A stretch of DNA of 62,647 nt, counting the filler, from Neophaeotheca triangularis (Eukaryota): the NCBI GenBank assembly GCA_054600435.1. It is 4 parts of 4 records of this genome, joined end to end, with 100 filler letters (N's around TTAATTAATTAA, not from the genome) between each part and the next. Parts side by side here need not be neighbours in the genome. Positions count along the whole stretch, not along the records: positions 33,891 to 48,619 come from BAAIJX010000121.1; positions 48,720 to 62,647 come from BAAIJX010000122.1; 2 more parts are not named here. The stretch is one strand, 5' to 3'. The notes under the pieces were generated by a model. The model saw nothing but the letters and a program-made list of their open reading frames with translations, ran no database searches and was not told the DNA's origin. Position numbers and translations under genes: made by a program. Below, in pieces: positions 47,201 to 58,569 of the stretch. Numbering within the stretch: position 1 is the first letter of the stretch; each line of letters opens with the position of its first letter.

Positions 47201-47736
47201 GTTTGGGGTTATCTTCCTTTTCCCTACGTATGGTATGGTACAGGTGGTCGTAGATGCTCTGCCGTCCTGAACGCGTTCAATGCTTCACCTCGTGTTGGGC
47301 TGTCTCAGTGTTTATAACCACCACTTTCCCTACATCTTCTCCCTGGCTACGACAGTCAAGACCAGACAGACCCTCCAACGGGACCTGGATAGGTATGGTA
47401 TAGTATAGATCCGATGTAGTATGTAGGAGGTAGGAGAAATATCGCAAAGCCACGACTCTCGACATGGAAGCTGAGGTTAGGTTGCCCAGGTGGAGCTGGG
47501 GTGCGCAGTGGAGGCTCTCCACTGAACGTCATCGTTATAGCCTTTTGCCGCATCGAGTATCGACGGCGTCTAACAATACCGTACCTCCATCTCATGAAAT
47601 TATCAAACTCATCCAGATCATCCTTCACGAGCTCCTCCATCGAAAGTTCAAACACTTACAGCGATAATACAACAGTTCGGACCCGTCAATCCATCCATCC
47701 ATCGCCCAACACCCACCCATTTTCAACACCAAAACA

Positions 47737-48449
47737 ATGGCACCAATTACTCACATAGTAATCTTCCAATTCGCCGCGACAGCCAGTAGCGAACAGATCA
47801 AAGACGTACGTACCCAATCAATCAATCAATCAATTAAACGAGAGCCGACCTCGAGACAACCAAACGCACGAACATGTCAACCGAACCCACCCAACTCCAA
47901 CCCCAACTCTGACCGACCACACTCCAACAAACGCATCCACGCTAAAACACATCATAATTCGTAGGTCTGCCAAAGAATGCACGCCCTCCCCCAAACCTGC
48001 AAACATCCAGAGACAGGCGAACCCTACGCCCAAGGTCTCGGAGGCGGGAAAGACAATTCACCCGAGGGGAAGAACGTGAGATTCCCCCCTTTTCCTCTAT
48101 CCCTCTCTCACCCCCTGGCGTTCCGGCCTACCGCCTTGACCTCTCCGCCTTGATTGCTGTTGCCAGAAACCCCTATTTGAACCAAGAAACCAACACCACC
48201 TTCCTCTCCACCACACTACACCAAAAGCCCCTCCCCCAAACCGCTAACACTCAGCCCCAACACCCCAACTAAGCCTCCAACTAAACGTCCCAGGGCGGTT
48301 TCACCCACGCCTTCGTAATGCAATTCAAAACTCACGCCGACCGCCACTATTACCTAAACCAAGACCCGACACATCTCGCCTTTGTCGAGAGTTTGGCAGG
48401 AGTGGTTGAGGATGCGCGGATTGTGGATTTTGTTGATGGGGTTTTTTAA
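47737..48449 (+). CDS. stress-responsive A/B barrel (Dabb family) protein, 111 aa
   Basis: Exons 47737-47805, 47965-48075, 48294-48449. MAPITHIVIFQF...CKHPETGEPY..GGKDNSPEGKNGGFTHAFVMQF..DRHYYLNQDPTHLAFV..VDFVDGVF. Only exon 1 appears in the ORF track. Confidence 0.9.
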
Positions 48450-48619
48450 TTTTTTAACTTTTTGCGAAGGGGAAGTTGGGGGGCCGGGGGGGGGGGGGGG
48501 GGGGGGGGGGGGTTTTGGTTTGGCAACCGGATAAGGGGGTTTAAAATTTGTTTATTGGAAATGATGTGAGGGAGACAGGGATTATGGAAGGTTTTTGAAG
48601 GATGAAGGGGGTGTTGGGG

Positions 48620-48719
48620 NNNNNNNNNNNNNNNNNNNNNNNNNNNNNNNNNNNNNNNNNNNNTTAATTAATTAANNNNNNNNNNNNNNNNNNNNNNNNN
48701 NNNNNNNNNNNNNNNNNNN
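48620..48719. other. artificial assembly spacer (N44-TTAATTAATTAA-N44)
   Basis: Third identical spacer, with poly-G tracts nearby on both sides. Confidence 0.97.
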
Positions 48720-50432
48720 GGGGGGGGGGCGTAGTCTGGGGACGTTTCGCGAGCGGTTTTTCGCGCGCTGGGAGTTCCGGGATCCGCACAATGTCCCATC
48801 CATCTATGGCGGTCTAACGTGTGGGTAGTTGTGAGGGGTGCGCCCGCCGCGTTGGGAGTGGATCGAGGACCGGGCAAGCCCGACGGGACGCGCCTGCGAA
48901 GGCTAAAAGCGGCTAAGGGGGGGAGCGTCGGGATTGTCGAGGGTTCGCGCTGCTTGTGGTGGGGAGGGAGGGGGAGGGGTGTGTGTCTTCCGCATCGGAT
49001 GGCAATGGCCTGTTTCGAAATGCGTGGCCGTTGTCGCCATCTCCCGGTGTGCCGGGGGGGGGGGGGGGGACTGTTCATGGCGGGTGTGCCTGGAGAAGGG
49101 AACCATTGGGCGCGGGCGCGCTGCCTGCGCAAGCAGAGATCCAGACGGCCGGTGAGTTTGATGGATTAGATTTATCTCGCGGCAGAAGGTAGGGGAAAAA
49201 AAAAAGACTTCGAGAACAGCCAATGGGGTCAAGACGTCGCGGAAATGAATTAGAAGCAAAACCGTCCCCGATTTAGCGTGGGATTGGAGGCAACCAACGA
49301 GGTACATACATACAGTAGGTGGGCTTGAAGATTTTCCGCTTTAACGATCCCGCAATCGCGGTCGAAAATAAGCGTAGTGGGCTAGTTTTGAAACCATGAG
49401 GAAACAAGTCTTCACGCTCGGCCAATGCTGCTAGCACGAATGCTCAGAGTGGTTGCTCCCCGTCCTCGTCCTGGAAGCACCACACAGGTCACCACAACTC
49501 ACTCTCACGCGCTCACTACCTTACCTACTACCCCACTCGTTCCCAACAAGTCGCGACTCCCCAAGGTTACCAAAAACCCTCACCATCGCATACCTTACCT
49601 ACCTCACCCGGCTTTCCAAAAGCAGCGGCATCAAAGAACCGTCCGGAGGGGAAGTGGAAAAAGACAAAAAGCCCCATTATATCGTAAACATAAACCCTAC
49701 AGCACCCTGGTGTAGACTAAACCCTACGCTCACGGAAAGAGCTATCCGGCCACTGTCCCTTCAGTCCACTGTCCCCATCCATCTCCCATCTATACACAGA
49801 CACATACAAACACATGACCCCCTCGCCTACCTAAAAAGAATTAGGAAAAAAAAGAAAAAAAAAAGCAACCCAAAACCCCGTTCCCCCAAACCCCAGCCCC
49901 GGCCCTAGCCTGGTATCGAGCGAAAAAAAAAAAAGATAAAGGCGCAAAAACAGCACCCGCCAGTGTTGAGATACAACGCCCTTAGCCCCCCCCCCCCCCC
50001 CCCCCCTCCAAGTCGACTGTCTATCGTATCCCGCTCCTTTCGTCTCCGTGCTCGTATATGTACAAGCCCCATTGCCGAAGTGTCCGTGTTGCGTCGTAGT
50101 AGCGGAACCGTCGTCAGCTACCTAGCCATGATTCAAAGGCGGTGCGGAAAGCTGGAAAGTAAAATACTAAAAACAAGGCAGGCTGCTGTGAACGCCTGAT
50201 TCCGCGATGGAAAAAACAAGAATCGCCCGCCGTAGACCTTGTTCAGCAAAGGTGGAAGGAGCCCTGCTAATCCGCTACCCGACGCTTTCCCGCGCTCCTT
50301 GTTGTCGCGTCGAAAAGACGCCGCGTTCGCGGTCCCTAAACATGCGGCCGCGGACCAGGCTTTCCTCTCTGCAGGCCTATCCAGCGCTGGGAATCGAAAC
50401 CACCAGCTGAAATTTCACTTCACTTCTCTCAT

Positions 50433-52376
50433 TCATTTCCGCCACCCTACATTCCAAATCACGTGCGCGATATCCCTAGCCGTATTGATAGTATCGCTAA
50501 CTCGGCCAAAAAGGCCCGCGGCAACCTCGTCGTCTTCATCCTCCTCGTACGGCATGAACATGCCGCTATTAGTCCTGCGCATCCCAGCGCCAAATTCTCC
50601 ACTCCCGCTGCCGGAACCGCCGGCACCAGCGCCATACTCTCGTGGTCCGTATCCCATTGACCGAGCTTTGCTCCTGGTCTCGGCGGCATCGGGCGGGATC
50701 TCGGAATCTTCGTCCAAAACGGATGAGGAACTGCTGTTGGAGCCACCGAGGGCGGATTTTGGGTTCGAGGCGCCAAAGGACCAGGCTGAATTTTCTTCGT
50801 TGGGGTCGGAGTCGTCGTCGTCGAGGAGGAAGTTGCGCGAGGGGCGGGTGGGTTTGAGAGTTTCCTGGCTGGGGGAGGGACTCAGTCGGCCGGCGCCCCA
50901 GCTTCGGCCGAAAGGTTGAGGGGGTTGTTGTTGAGAATTGTTGTCGGGGCTGTCGGTGCGGTATTTGAGAGTGGTATTTGGTAGGGGCTCGATGATTTTC
51001 TTCTTACCGCCCGTGTTTGTTAAGGAGCTGTCACGGCTTGTGCGGGTGTCGTTGCTATGGCACTTGCTGAGGTTGGGTCTGCGGCGGCGTTTCATCATGA
51101 CCACACCGTCATCGCTACTTGAGCTGGATGAGCTGTTACGGCGGCGGAGGCAGTTGTCGTCTTCGCTTTCGCTGGATGAGTCGTCGTCGTCTTCGGGCTT
51201 GCCGTCCACGGCGATGCATTGCTCTACCGTGTCGTCGAAGCGGATGTGGCGCCGTGGTTGGCAATCGCACGGTGTGATGGCGCCATTGGAGCTTTCGCTT
51301 CGGCTGGAAGAAAAGTAGTCGGTGGGTTCCCTGCTGGGCGATTCCGAAGGGTAGTTGTCGTTGAAGAGGTCATTGTGGGACAATCGCCTTTGTCGGTTCT
51401 GTGCCTGTGCGCTCGTTGCCGCTTGTTGTACTAGAGAGGAGGTGGAGATTGATTTTTGCAACATGACTTCGGACATGGTGCGTTTCTTCAGAATCGGTTT
51501 CTTGGGGTTCACGAATGAATTGCTCTTGGAAAGTCGCGATGTGGGCTCCGAGGTGCCATGGGAGTAAGATGACGGTTTCAGGGGGCCGTAAAGCCATGTG
51601 ACGTCGGATTCCTTGAGCCTGCCACCGTGTTAGTATATTCCCACCGGGATGTCAGGAAGAGGAACGAACCAATTCAATGTCTCGGGTGAGACTGTCGCGA
51701 GCTTGTACTTTGATTTCGCCCAAGTCCTCCACGAAGCGTTTTCTAATCTCGATCTTTGACCGTATACCCGTCGCTGCGATACAATATGTCTCCACGATGA
51801 CCAGATATCCTCTTCTTTCCAATCGTGGCTCAAGTAGTCGACATGTCTCGACGGCTCGATTTTGATTGCGGTATCGTCTGCCACGGCGGGAGTAGGCAGT
51901 GGAGAGTCTGATATGGTGCTTTCCGTAGCTGACGCGGTCGAAGGAACTTGCTCGGCACCGGAAGATTGGTTTTGCGCGGGAGTTGTGGATTCTATGTGCT
52001 GGGTCGTGAATTGTGTCTTGTCGAAATCGGCGAAATCTGGCTCGTCATCGCTCGCGTACTTGTGCTCTAATGAAACGGCGCCACTGGCGGGTGTTGAACT
52101 GCGGAAGAAGGGTTCGGCAAAGTCAAAGGCAGACTCGGGAGGGGACGAGGGAGTTGTGGAAAGAGGAGAGTCGTGGATCGAGTCTTGCTGTTCGCTCCCG
52201 GCCGTCTCGGAATGCTTTGGACTTGAGGAGGCTGATGATGATGAGGGGGGCGATGTAGCGCCGGCGGCAAAGAGGTTTGACGAGGAAGGCGATGAACGAA
52301 TGAGGCCACTGGTAGACTGAGACTCGTAATAAGACTGGCCGTCAACGCGTCGCGGGATTCCCATGACGTCGGCCAT
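50433..52376 (-). CDS. REG1: protein phosphatase 1 regulatory subunit, Reg1/Hex2-like (DUF1752)
   Basis: Exons 52376-51670 and 51618-50433. PSRHVDYLSHDWKEEDIWSSW, RLENASWRTWAK, LNW|LKESDVTWLYGP, KPILKKR, PP1-docking RVxF-like RHIRF, C-terminal NTARDIAHVIWNVGW. Confidence 0.88.
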
Positions 52377-52667
52377 GTTGTGCGACGAAAGTGCGTGGGT
52401 GTGAAATGGAGGTGCCAGTAGCAGTGAATGCTACCAATGCCGACTCAGAAGACAGAGAGTGGATGTTGCGTAGTGTTTGTACTGTCGCTTGTCGTGGGAC
52501 GTTGTGGCTGATCAAAACCGCTTCCGGATGTGCGTGTTCTCGTCGGTCAAGGTGTTAGCGGCATGTCTTCTCTCGAGAGATGCCGGTGAGGGGAGTGTGC
52601 GCTGCCGTAGGACAGGAATGGTGACGACCTGGGCGTGTTGTCGAATGGCAGACCAGAGTGAGAGAGA

Positions 52668-52702
52668 GTGTGTGTGTGCGTGTGTGTGTGTGTGTGTGTG
52701 TG
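52668..52702. repeat. (GT)n microsatellite upstream of REG1
   Basis: About 17 GT units with one interruption. Confidence 0.9.
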
Positions 52703-55700
52703 AGGAAGACAGTCGAAGTTGGTATGTACGGGCGATTACTCGGAGCTGTGCGATTGCGTTCACAGGGCAGGGAATGCAAAGAGACTAATTTGAACTAGCT
52801 CGTTTCGTGGAATCGGGAAGAGGGTTGCGCTCCCGGTCTAGCCTGAGGTCTCGAGCAGCGTATCAGGGGATTAAGTGTTGTTAGCAGATGGCGCGTTAGA
52901 GTTGGGGTGAAAGTCTGAGTTATGTGCGGAATCTAGAATACCTGCTAGGAGGTATGTAGTAGTAGTAGTAGTTCAAGCCGTGGGGCGGCCGGTCGTGCTC
53001 TCGGCCAAATCGGGGTCGCACCAAGTGGATTTCTTAACACGCGGAGAAAGGCGGGGACCTGTTCCCTTTGCGAATCGTCAATGATGAAACTATTAACCTT
53101 TGTTATAATCAATAATGATAATAATTCAAGTCATGTGTACGTACGTATGTATGTATGTATGTATGTATGTATATACAATATTTATACGTTTTATCTTCAT
53201 CGTGCTACATCCCGTCTACTAGGCTAAAGTACCACTGTAGCTATTGCCATTGCTACCTACCTAATATACCTAGGTACTTGTAGGTACATACATACTACTA
53301 TGTATCGTCCTATGGCCGATGGCGATGGCGATGGCTTGCTTGCTTACTTGCTCAAATTCCTACACGCGCGTCCTGCTACATTTCTCGTCTCCAAGAACTT
53401 GGGGTTGGTAAATGTTGACTGATGACTCGCTTCACGCGCATTGATTCGTTTTTCTTGGACAATGCATGCTCGTCGAGGTGGAGAGAGTTTCTTTTTTGCC
53501 GCATGCGTCGGCCGGTCTAATTCGATCCTTAGCTTCCCCGGCGCGGGCGAGAAGATCCGAGTCAAACAAAGACGGTCCAACTCAATCGACAATCATGATA
53601 ATAATGGGAGTTTACCACACCCAGATCCTGTCGACTAACTACTACTGTCGTCACTCCTACTCCCACCTCAGTCTCTGAGTCCCATCCCTTGATCGACTAT
53701 TTCCATTCTTACGTTGTATACTGTGATGCGATGATCATTTTGCTATCTTGTCATGTTTACAGCCTCTCGCACATAATAGTAATAGAAAAAGTCGCCATAT
53801 AAACCTACCCACCCCTGAAGCAGCTTCTCAACGCTTGCCCCTTCCATACACACCTCCCAAGCCCAAGCCTCATAACCGAGATAGATATGCGACAACCTTA
53901 GCTCTCGCATCACAGAGCCTGGGACGACTACTACTATTATGCTTTGTTTGTGGCATAGTAGTGATAGGGCCTTGCTAACTTGCACCAATCAAGGCCGAGG
54001 ACTCTGCCATTCTATCAGACAGCTACCTACCTAGTACCTTACCTAGCTACACGTTTCCATGATGATTTGCTATCTATGCCCTGTCAAGTGTCAACCTGCG
54101 AGGGGCTGCGGGGCGTTATCAAAGGCCAAGGTACATGACTACTATGTACCTAATACCTTGGTAGTCGTTACCACCGTTGTGGAACTGAGCAACGCCCCGA
54201 ATATGCGCATTGCACACCCGTGGCGGGGACATTCATAAGATACCTAAGGTGATGTATGAGATAACAACAAGAAACCCTTATAGCTACATAGTAAGCCGGC
54301 CCGCCCTCAGGGCTCGAGGCTTGTCCAAGGTCTGTTGCAGCTAGGAGGTACAGAAGGGGGTACCTAGGAGCTACCAATGCCAGCATACTAGTAGTATATC
54401 AACGGGATCCTCAGGGCCCGCGCCACAGGCCGGCAGGCGACACTCACTACCTACCTACCTAGCTCATTACTGCCTAGTAGTACTGCCTACCAAGGAACTG
54501 TACTACTACTGCTGTGAGGCCATCCGAGCAGTCTACGTACTCTTTCAACGCTTTCTCGAAACAACACTAACGCTGCACATGTCAGAACGGCTCAGCTTCT
54601 CTCTCACCGGCAGCACAACCGAGACTGCTGCTGCTGCCATGCATGCTTCTACCTCCACCTCTACCTCCACCTCCACCTCCATCTCCACCTCGACGCCTGC
54701 ACCAACGAAGCCCGACGGTACAGGATAGTACATGGAGGCTGCCTTGGTGAACGCCCCCGCTGTAATAATAATGAGCACGCTGCACGCCTGACCAAGCTTC
54801 CTTTCTCGCCGACCTGTCACTCAAGACGGCGCCTCCGCAAACGTGCTGGTTTTGCTATCTTGAACACCTTTCCATGAGTCAATGCCAACCCACTTAGCGC
54901 CATCCGGATCGAATCCCCCAGGACAGGACCTGCACCAGCTATCTACTCCCGCAGAAGTGACAGCACCCGGCATCTACCTCACCCAAAACCATTTTGTGCA
55001 CCAATGCTACATGAAGCCAGTTCAACGTGGCAGCTACCATGATCCTGCCGCTATTACATGCAGCGACCGAGGCTTGCACCTCCTGCAAGCCCTGTCTCTA
55101 CAAAGCGCTTATGTCTACACCAATACTTCAAACCGGCTCTATCCACTGCCGGACTCGTCTAGTCTCGCGTAACACCATGGCGCAATAGTTCGGATAGAGT
55201 CGGGGCTCGAAATATTCAACGCTACAACTGCCTTGGAGACGTCAACGATGTTTCCAAAAAAAAAAGAAAAAAAAGAAAAAAAAAGAAAACCTATTCTGCC
55301 AAAGACACTTGAACGGACGAAAAGTACTTTATAGATCAATAGCAACGTAGATTGCAAGACCGTAAGGATTCGAGAATTACCCTGCCAACCCAGTCTCTGA
55401 ATGCCGCGACATTCCCTACCCCATTCTTCACGAAGCGACTCCATGCGAGCTGGCTGTTACACAGCATCTACTCCACCACACGCAAAGACGTGCCCCTCCG
55501 CAGCGACTCAATTACAACGATTCGCGGCACACCTCAATCTTAAAAGCGGCGCTTTTCAAGATGCTTCGCTGGCATCCAGCTTGCACCTCGGGTGCTTGTA
55601 GTCTGGTCAGTAAACGCCCTTTTTGCCAAGATTGTGCATGGCAAAACGAACAGCTCATAGGAGCAACGCTTTCACTCGTCCAAGCTCAGTTCTCGAAGAA

Positions 55701-56299
55701 GCGGAGTAAGTAAGTGACTCTGTCGGCAAGTACAGCCTGCATGCCCTGGCCGTACATGGCGGAGCAAAAGGCAGGCGCCTCTCTTTTCGTTTTAGATCTA
55801 AATCCACTTGACGCTTCACACGAGGATGGAAAGCAAACCGCTCAGGTGGACTTCCACGTACAACAGCCGAGGGTCAAGGCGTTCTTTCTATCCGTTAAAA
55901 CGCTTGAAGGTACATATAAGCAAGCATGTCGACCTCCTACACCCCAGCTCGGCTTGCAACTTCCCGCCACCTCGCCTCCCCCTGTTCGCGCAACGTCTCG
56001 CCCGCTAGCTACCGGCTCTACCCCATTCCTGCCCGCTCCGCTAGGAGTGGCGACGAGAAAGTGCCGCGAGCGCTTCCCCGTTTGCGAGGTACGTACACTC
56101 GGCACTAAGAAAGCTCGAGGCCATCGACATGGATCTAGCTAGGTAGGTGAGGCGAGCGGTACGTCTTGCTCTGGTCGTCGTTGCCGCATTTGGGCGCCAA
56201 GGGACATGCTATCCGATTTCACCTCGTGGCCGAGCCGGGAGGTAGACTGTTGCGACTTGCCAGTCTTGTGAGGGGAAACATTGCAGCAGTCTCGTAGAA

Positions 56300-57480
56300 G
56301 CTGCCAGGGGACTAATCGACTCCGGCTTCAGCCCAAGATCTGGGGGCTCCGCATCGCACGGTTCAAAGTTCATTCGGCGACCAAGCTCATCACTCTGATT
56401 AAACAGTCTTTGACCGCTGTAGCTGAACACTTTTTACCCAAGCGGAGAGCAAAAGAGGGCTATCCATGTGGCTAGGAGCCTGGAATTGTGCCGCTGAAAG
56501 ACAAACTCCGGAAACGCCTTTTTTATCAATCACCGTTCCAGCTCTCGACTGGAATGCTCGGCGTCACACGCTCTCCGGTTTCATTTGCCCACGGTGCTCG
56601 GCGCCCTCATTAAAGAGCCTTCAGCTGCTACGAGCTACTTGAAGTTTTCCTTCTCCACAGCAAGAAGCAAAACAGAGCTAACCATACCACGGAAGCCGGC
56701 GGGATTACGAGTTGGGAATACCAACGCCGCCTTCATCGGTCACTTCTCTGGCCTAGCTTGCAATCCTCGGCGTCATACGTGTTGGAGGTTTGTTTGCCTG
56801 CAATGGGCAATGTTACGATAGACCATTCAGGTACTGCGGGCTTCTTGAATCCCTTGTCCTTTCCGCAAGAAGCTAAAAAAAAAGCGCCGTGCATTGCAGT
56901 GAGTCGAAGCCGTTTCACGAGTCGAGAATGCTAATAGCGTCTCCATCGATCACCAAGTACCTCGGCTTACCAATTCAGCTTGCAATGCTCGGCATCACAC
57001 GCTTTCGGTTCCTTTACCTACGACTCTCGGCGCCAGTAGCTACATTTCAAGAAAACTTCGCTGCTAGCACTTCTCAGACATTATCTTTCTCCAGCCGAGA
57101 ACATTGACGGGCTGATTCCGTGCAGTGCGCGACCGCCTGGAAGCCCCGGAGGACTGCCGTTCTCCTAAACCTGGGAGCGGCCTTGGTCGATCACTGCTGC
57201 TCTTCTAGGCTAGGAAGCTCGGCATCACACGCTCCGTGGTCTTGCTGTCTACAACTCTCCGGCGGTGGCGCCTATACAAAACGACTTCCGCCGCTGACGC
57301 TGCTCTTTCTCTCTTCGATAGGGAGCAAAAGAGTGCTAATCGTTTGGACTACGAGACTGTCCGGGAGCAGCGGTGGACTGCCCGTTAGAGCGATCTCGGT
57401 CGATCACCGCTTCTCTTATAGGTCGTAAAGCTCGGCACCGCAAGCTCTGTAGTTCTATCGTTCACGATCTTCGGCCTTTG
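56300..57480. repeat. degenerate tandem array, at least 6 units of ~210-230 bp
   Basis: Core GCTCGGCRTCACACGC-like at 56346, 56556, 56765, 56987, 57217, 57430 (spacing 210, 209, 222, 230, 213). Most cores are preceded by a RTCGATCAC-like motif. Confidence 0.75.
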
Positions 57481-58002
57481 TGCAGTCTGTGCGCTCAGTA
57501 GACCCGGTGACAAAAAATTCCTGGGCGTTTGCTACTTACGTTACGACGTTTCCGGTGCGGTCACGGGAATCGGGATTTGTCGCGGCGACGAGTGGGAACT
57601 GGAAGAATGTCTGCGGCATGCAATGTTTGCGTGGGCATGTCAAGATAAAGACTATCATTGACGTTGCACTTTTCTTCGCTGTCAATACTGCAGAGCATGA
57701 TGAGGGTTTTTGGTAGTCAATGGAATGAACTTTGGAAAAGGAGGTACAAAAGTTCCCTCTTCTCTACAAAGCATACAGAAACCTTTCCAACTACCACGCT
57801 GCCTCTTCAAGCTGTACCAGTTGATCTCCCAGCACTAAGCCGCCTAAGCTGAACATTGAGAACCATCACCCTCCCTGTCAGCGGCAGGCTCCGAACATTC
57901 AGATCTGGTCAGTGCCACCAACCGCGCTCTGGCTGTCACTCGCCTCGCTAGCCAGGGCCATGCCTCCAATTCCATCATCAAGAGCTGACGATTGATAGCA
58001 CG

Positions 58003-58569
58003 ATGGAGCAGATTTCAAAACAAACGACTCCCGATCCCAAGCGCGAAGCCCCTAGACCCCCTTTCGATTTCAACCCATCGAGCAACGACCAACCCCACCA
58101 CAACTGTGTCCGTGAAAACAGCTTCAATAACCAGTCTGCGCAGCAACACCCAAGCGAGCCAGCAAACATCACAACTCCAGCCCTATCAGCCCACTCGCGC
58201 AACGCTCCCAACACGCCATCAATCACTCCTCCAGTCCCCTTGCCCACGTCTACAACCCCTGGCGGCGAACACACCAGCCACGAGCCTCTCACCCGCCATC
58301 GATCCGCGCCCGGAAGTCTAGACACTTTCCCGACAATCCAAGGCAGCCCAACAAGCTCCGCCGTCGAGGAGCTCGAAGCGCGATTCCAAGACCGGCTGGT
58401 GGGCTTCGAGCGTGCTTTCAGAAACTACCAGCGGTGGAAGGAGGAGATGCACGTGTTGTTTGTCGATGGGGATCCTGGGTTTGCGTCGGATGGCCGTTCT
58501 CTTCGGCGACTGGGTGCGATTGGGACGGACAGTGGCGAGGGCGGAGACTTTTCCGAGAGGATCGATTGA
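58003..58569 (+). CDS. hypothetical protein (188 aa)
   Basis: ATG-initiated ORF with a Pro/Ser/Thr-rich N-terminus and a helical segment (AVEELEARFQDRLVGFERAFRNYQRWKEEM). No recognisable domain. Confidence 0.4.
   Translation: MEQISKQTTPDPKREAPRPPFDFNPSSNDQPHHNCVRENSFNNQSAQQHPSEPANITTPALSAHSRNAPNTPSITPPVPLPTSTTPGGEHTSHEPLTRHRSAPGSLDTFPTIQGSPTSSAVEELEARFQDRLVGFERAFRNYQRWKEEMHVLFVDGDPGFASDGRSLRRLGAIGTDSGEGGDFSERID

Noticed and set aside
35109..48449. FAD oxidoreductase, GMC oxidoreductase, hydrolase and Dabb protein as a secondary-metabolite cluster
   Set aside because: No PKS, NRPS, terpene synthase, transporter or pathway transcription factor; interleaved with VTI1, DSC3 and an RCC1 protein.
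48668..49307. ORFs adjoining the third gap
   Set aside because: One reads through Ns; the rest are low-complexity frames in sequence downstream of REG1.
30510..52376. Glycogen synthase plus a Reg1-like PP1 subunit as a carbon-regulation cluster
   Set aside because: They are ~18 kb apart, separated by two artificial spacers and many unrelated housekeeping genes.
56300..57480. CRISPR-like repeat-spacer array
   Set aside because: Eukaryotic context with no cas genes; the period is ~215 bp and inter-core sequences are homologous to each other rather than unique spacers.
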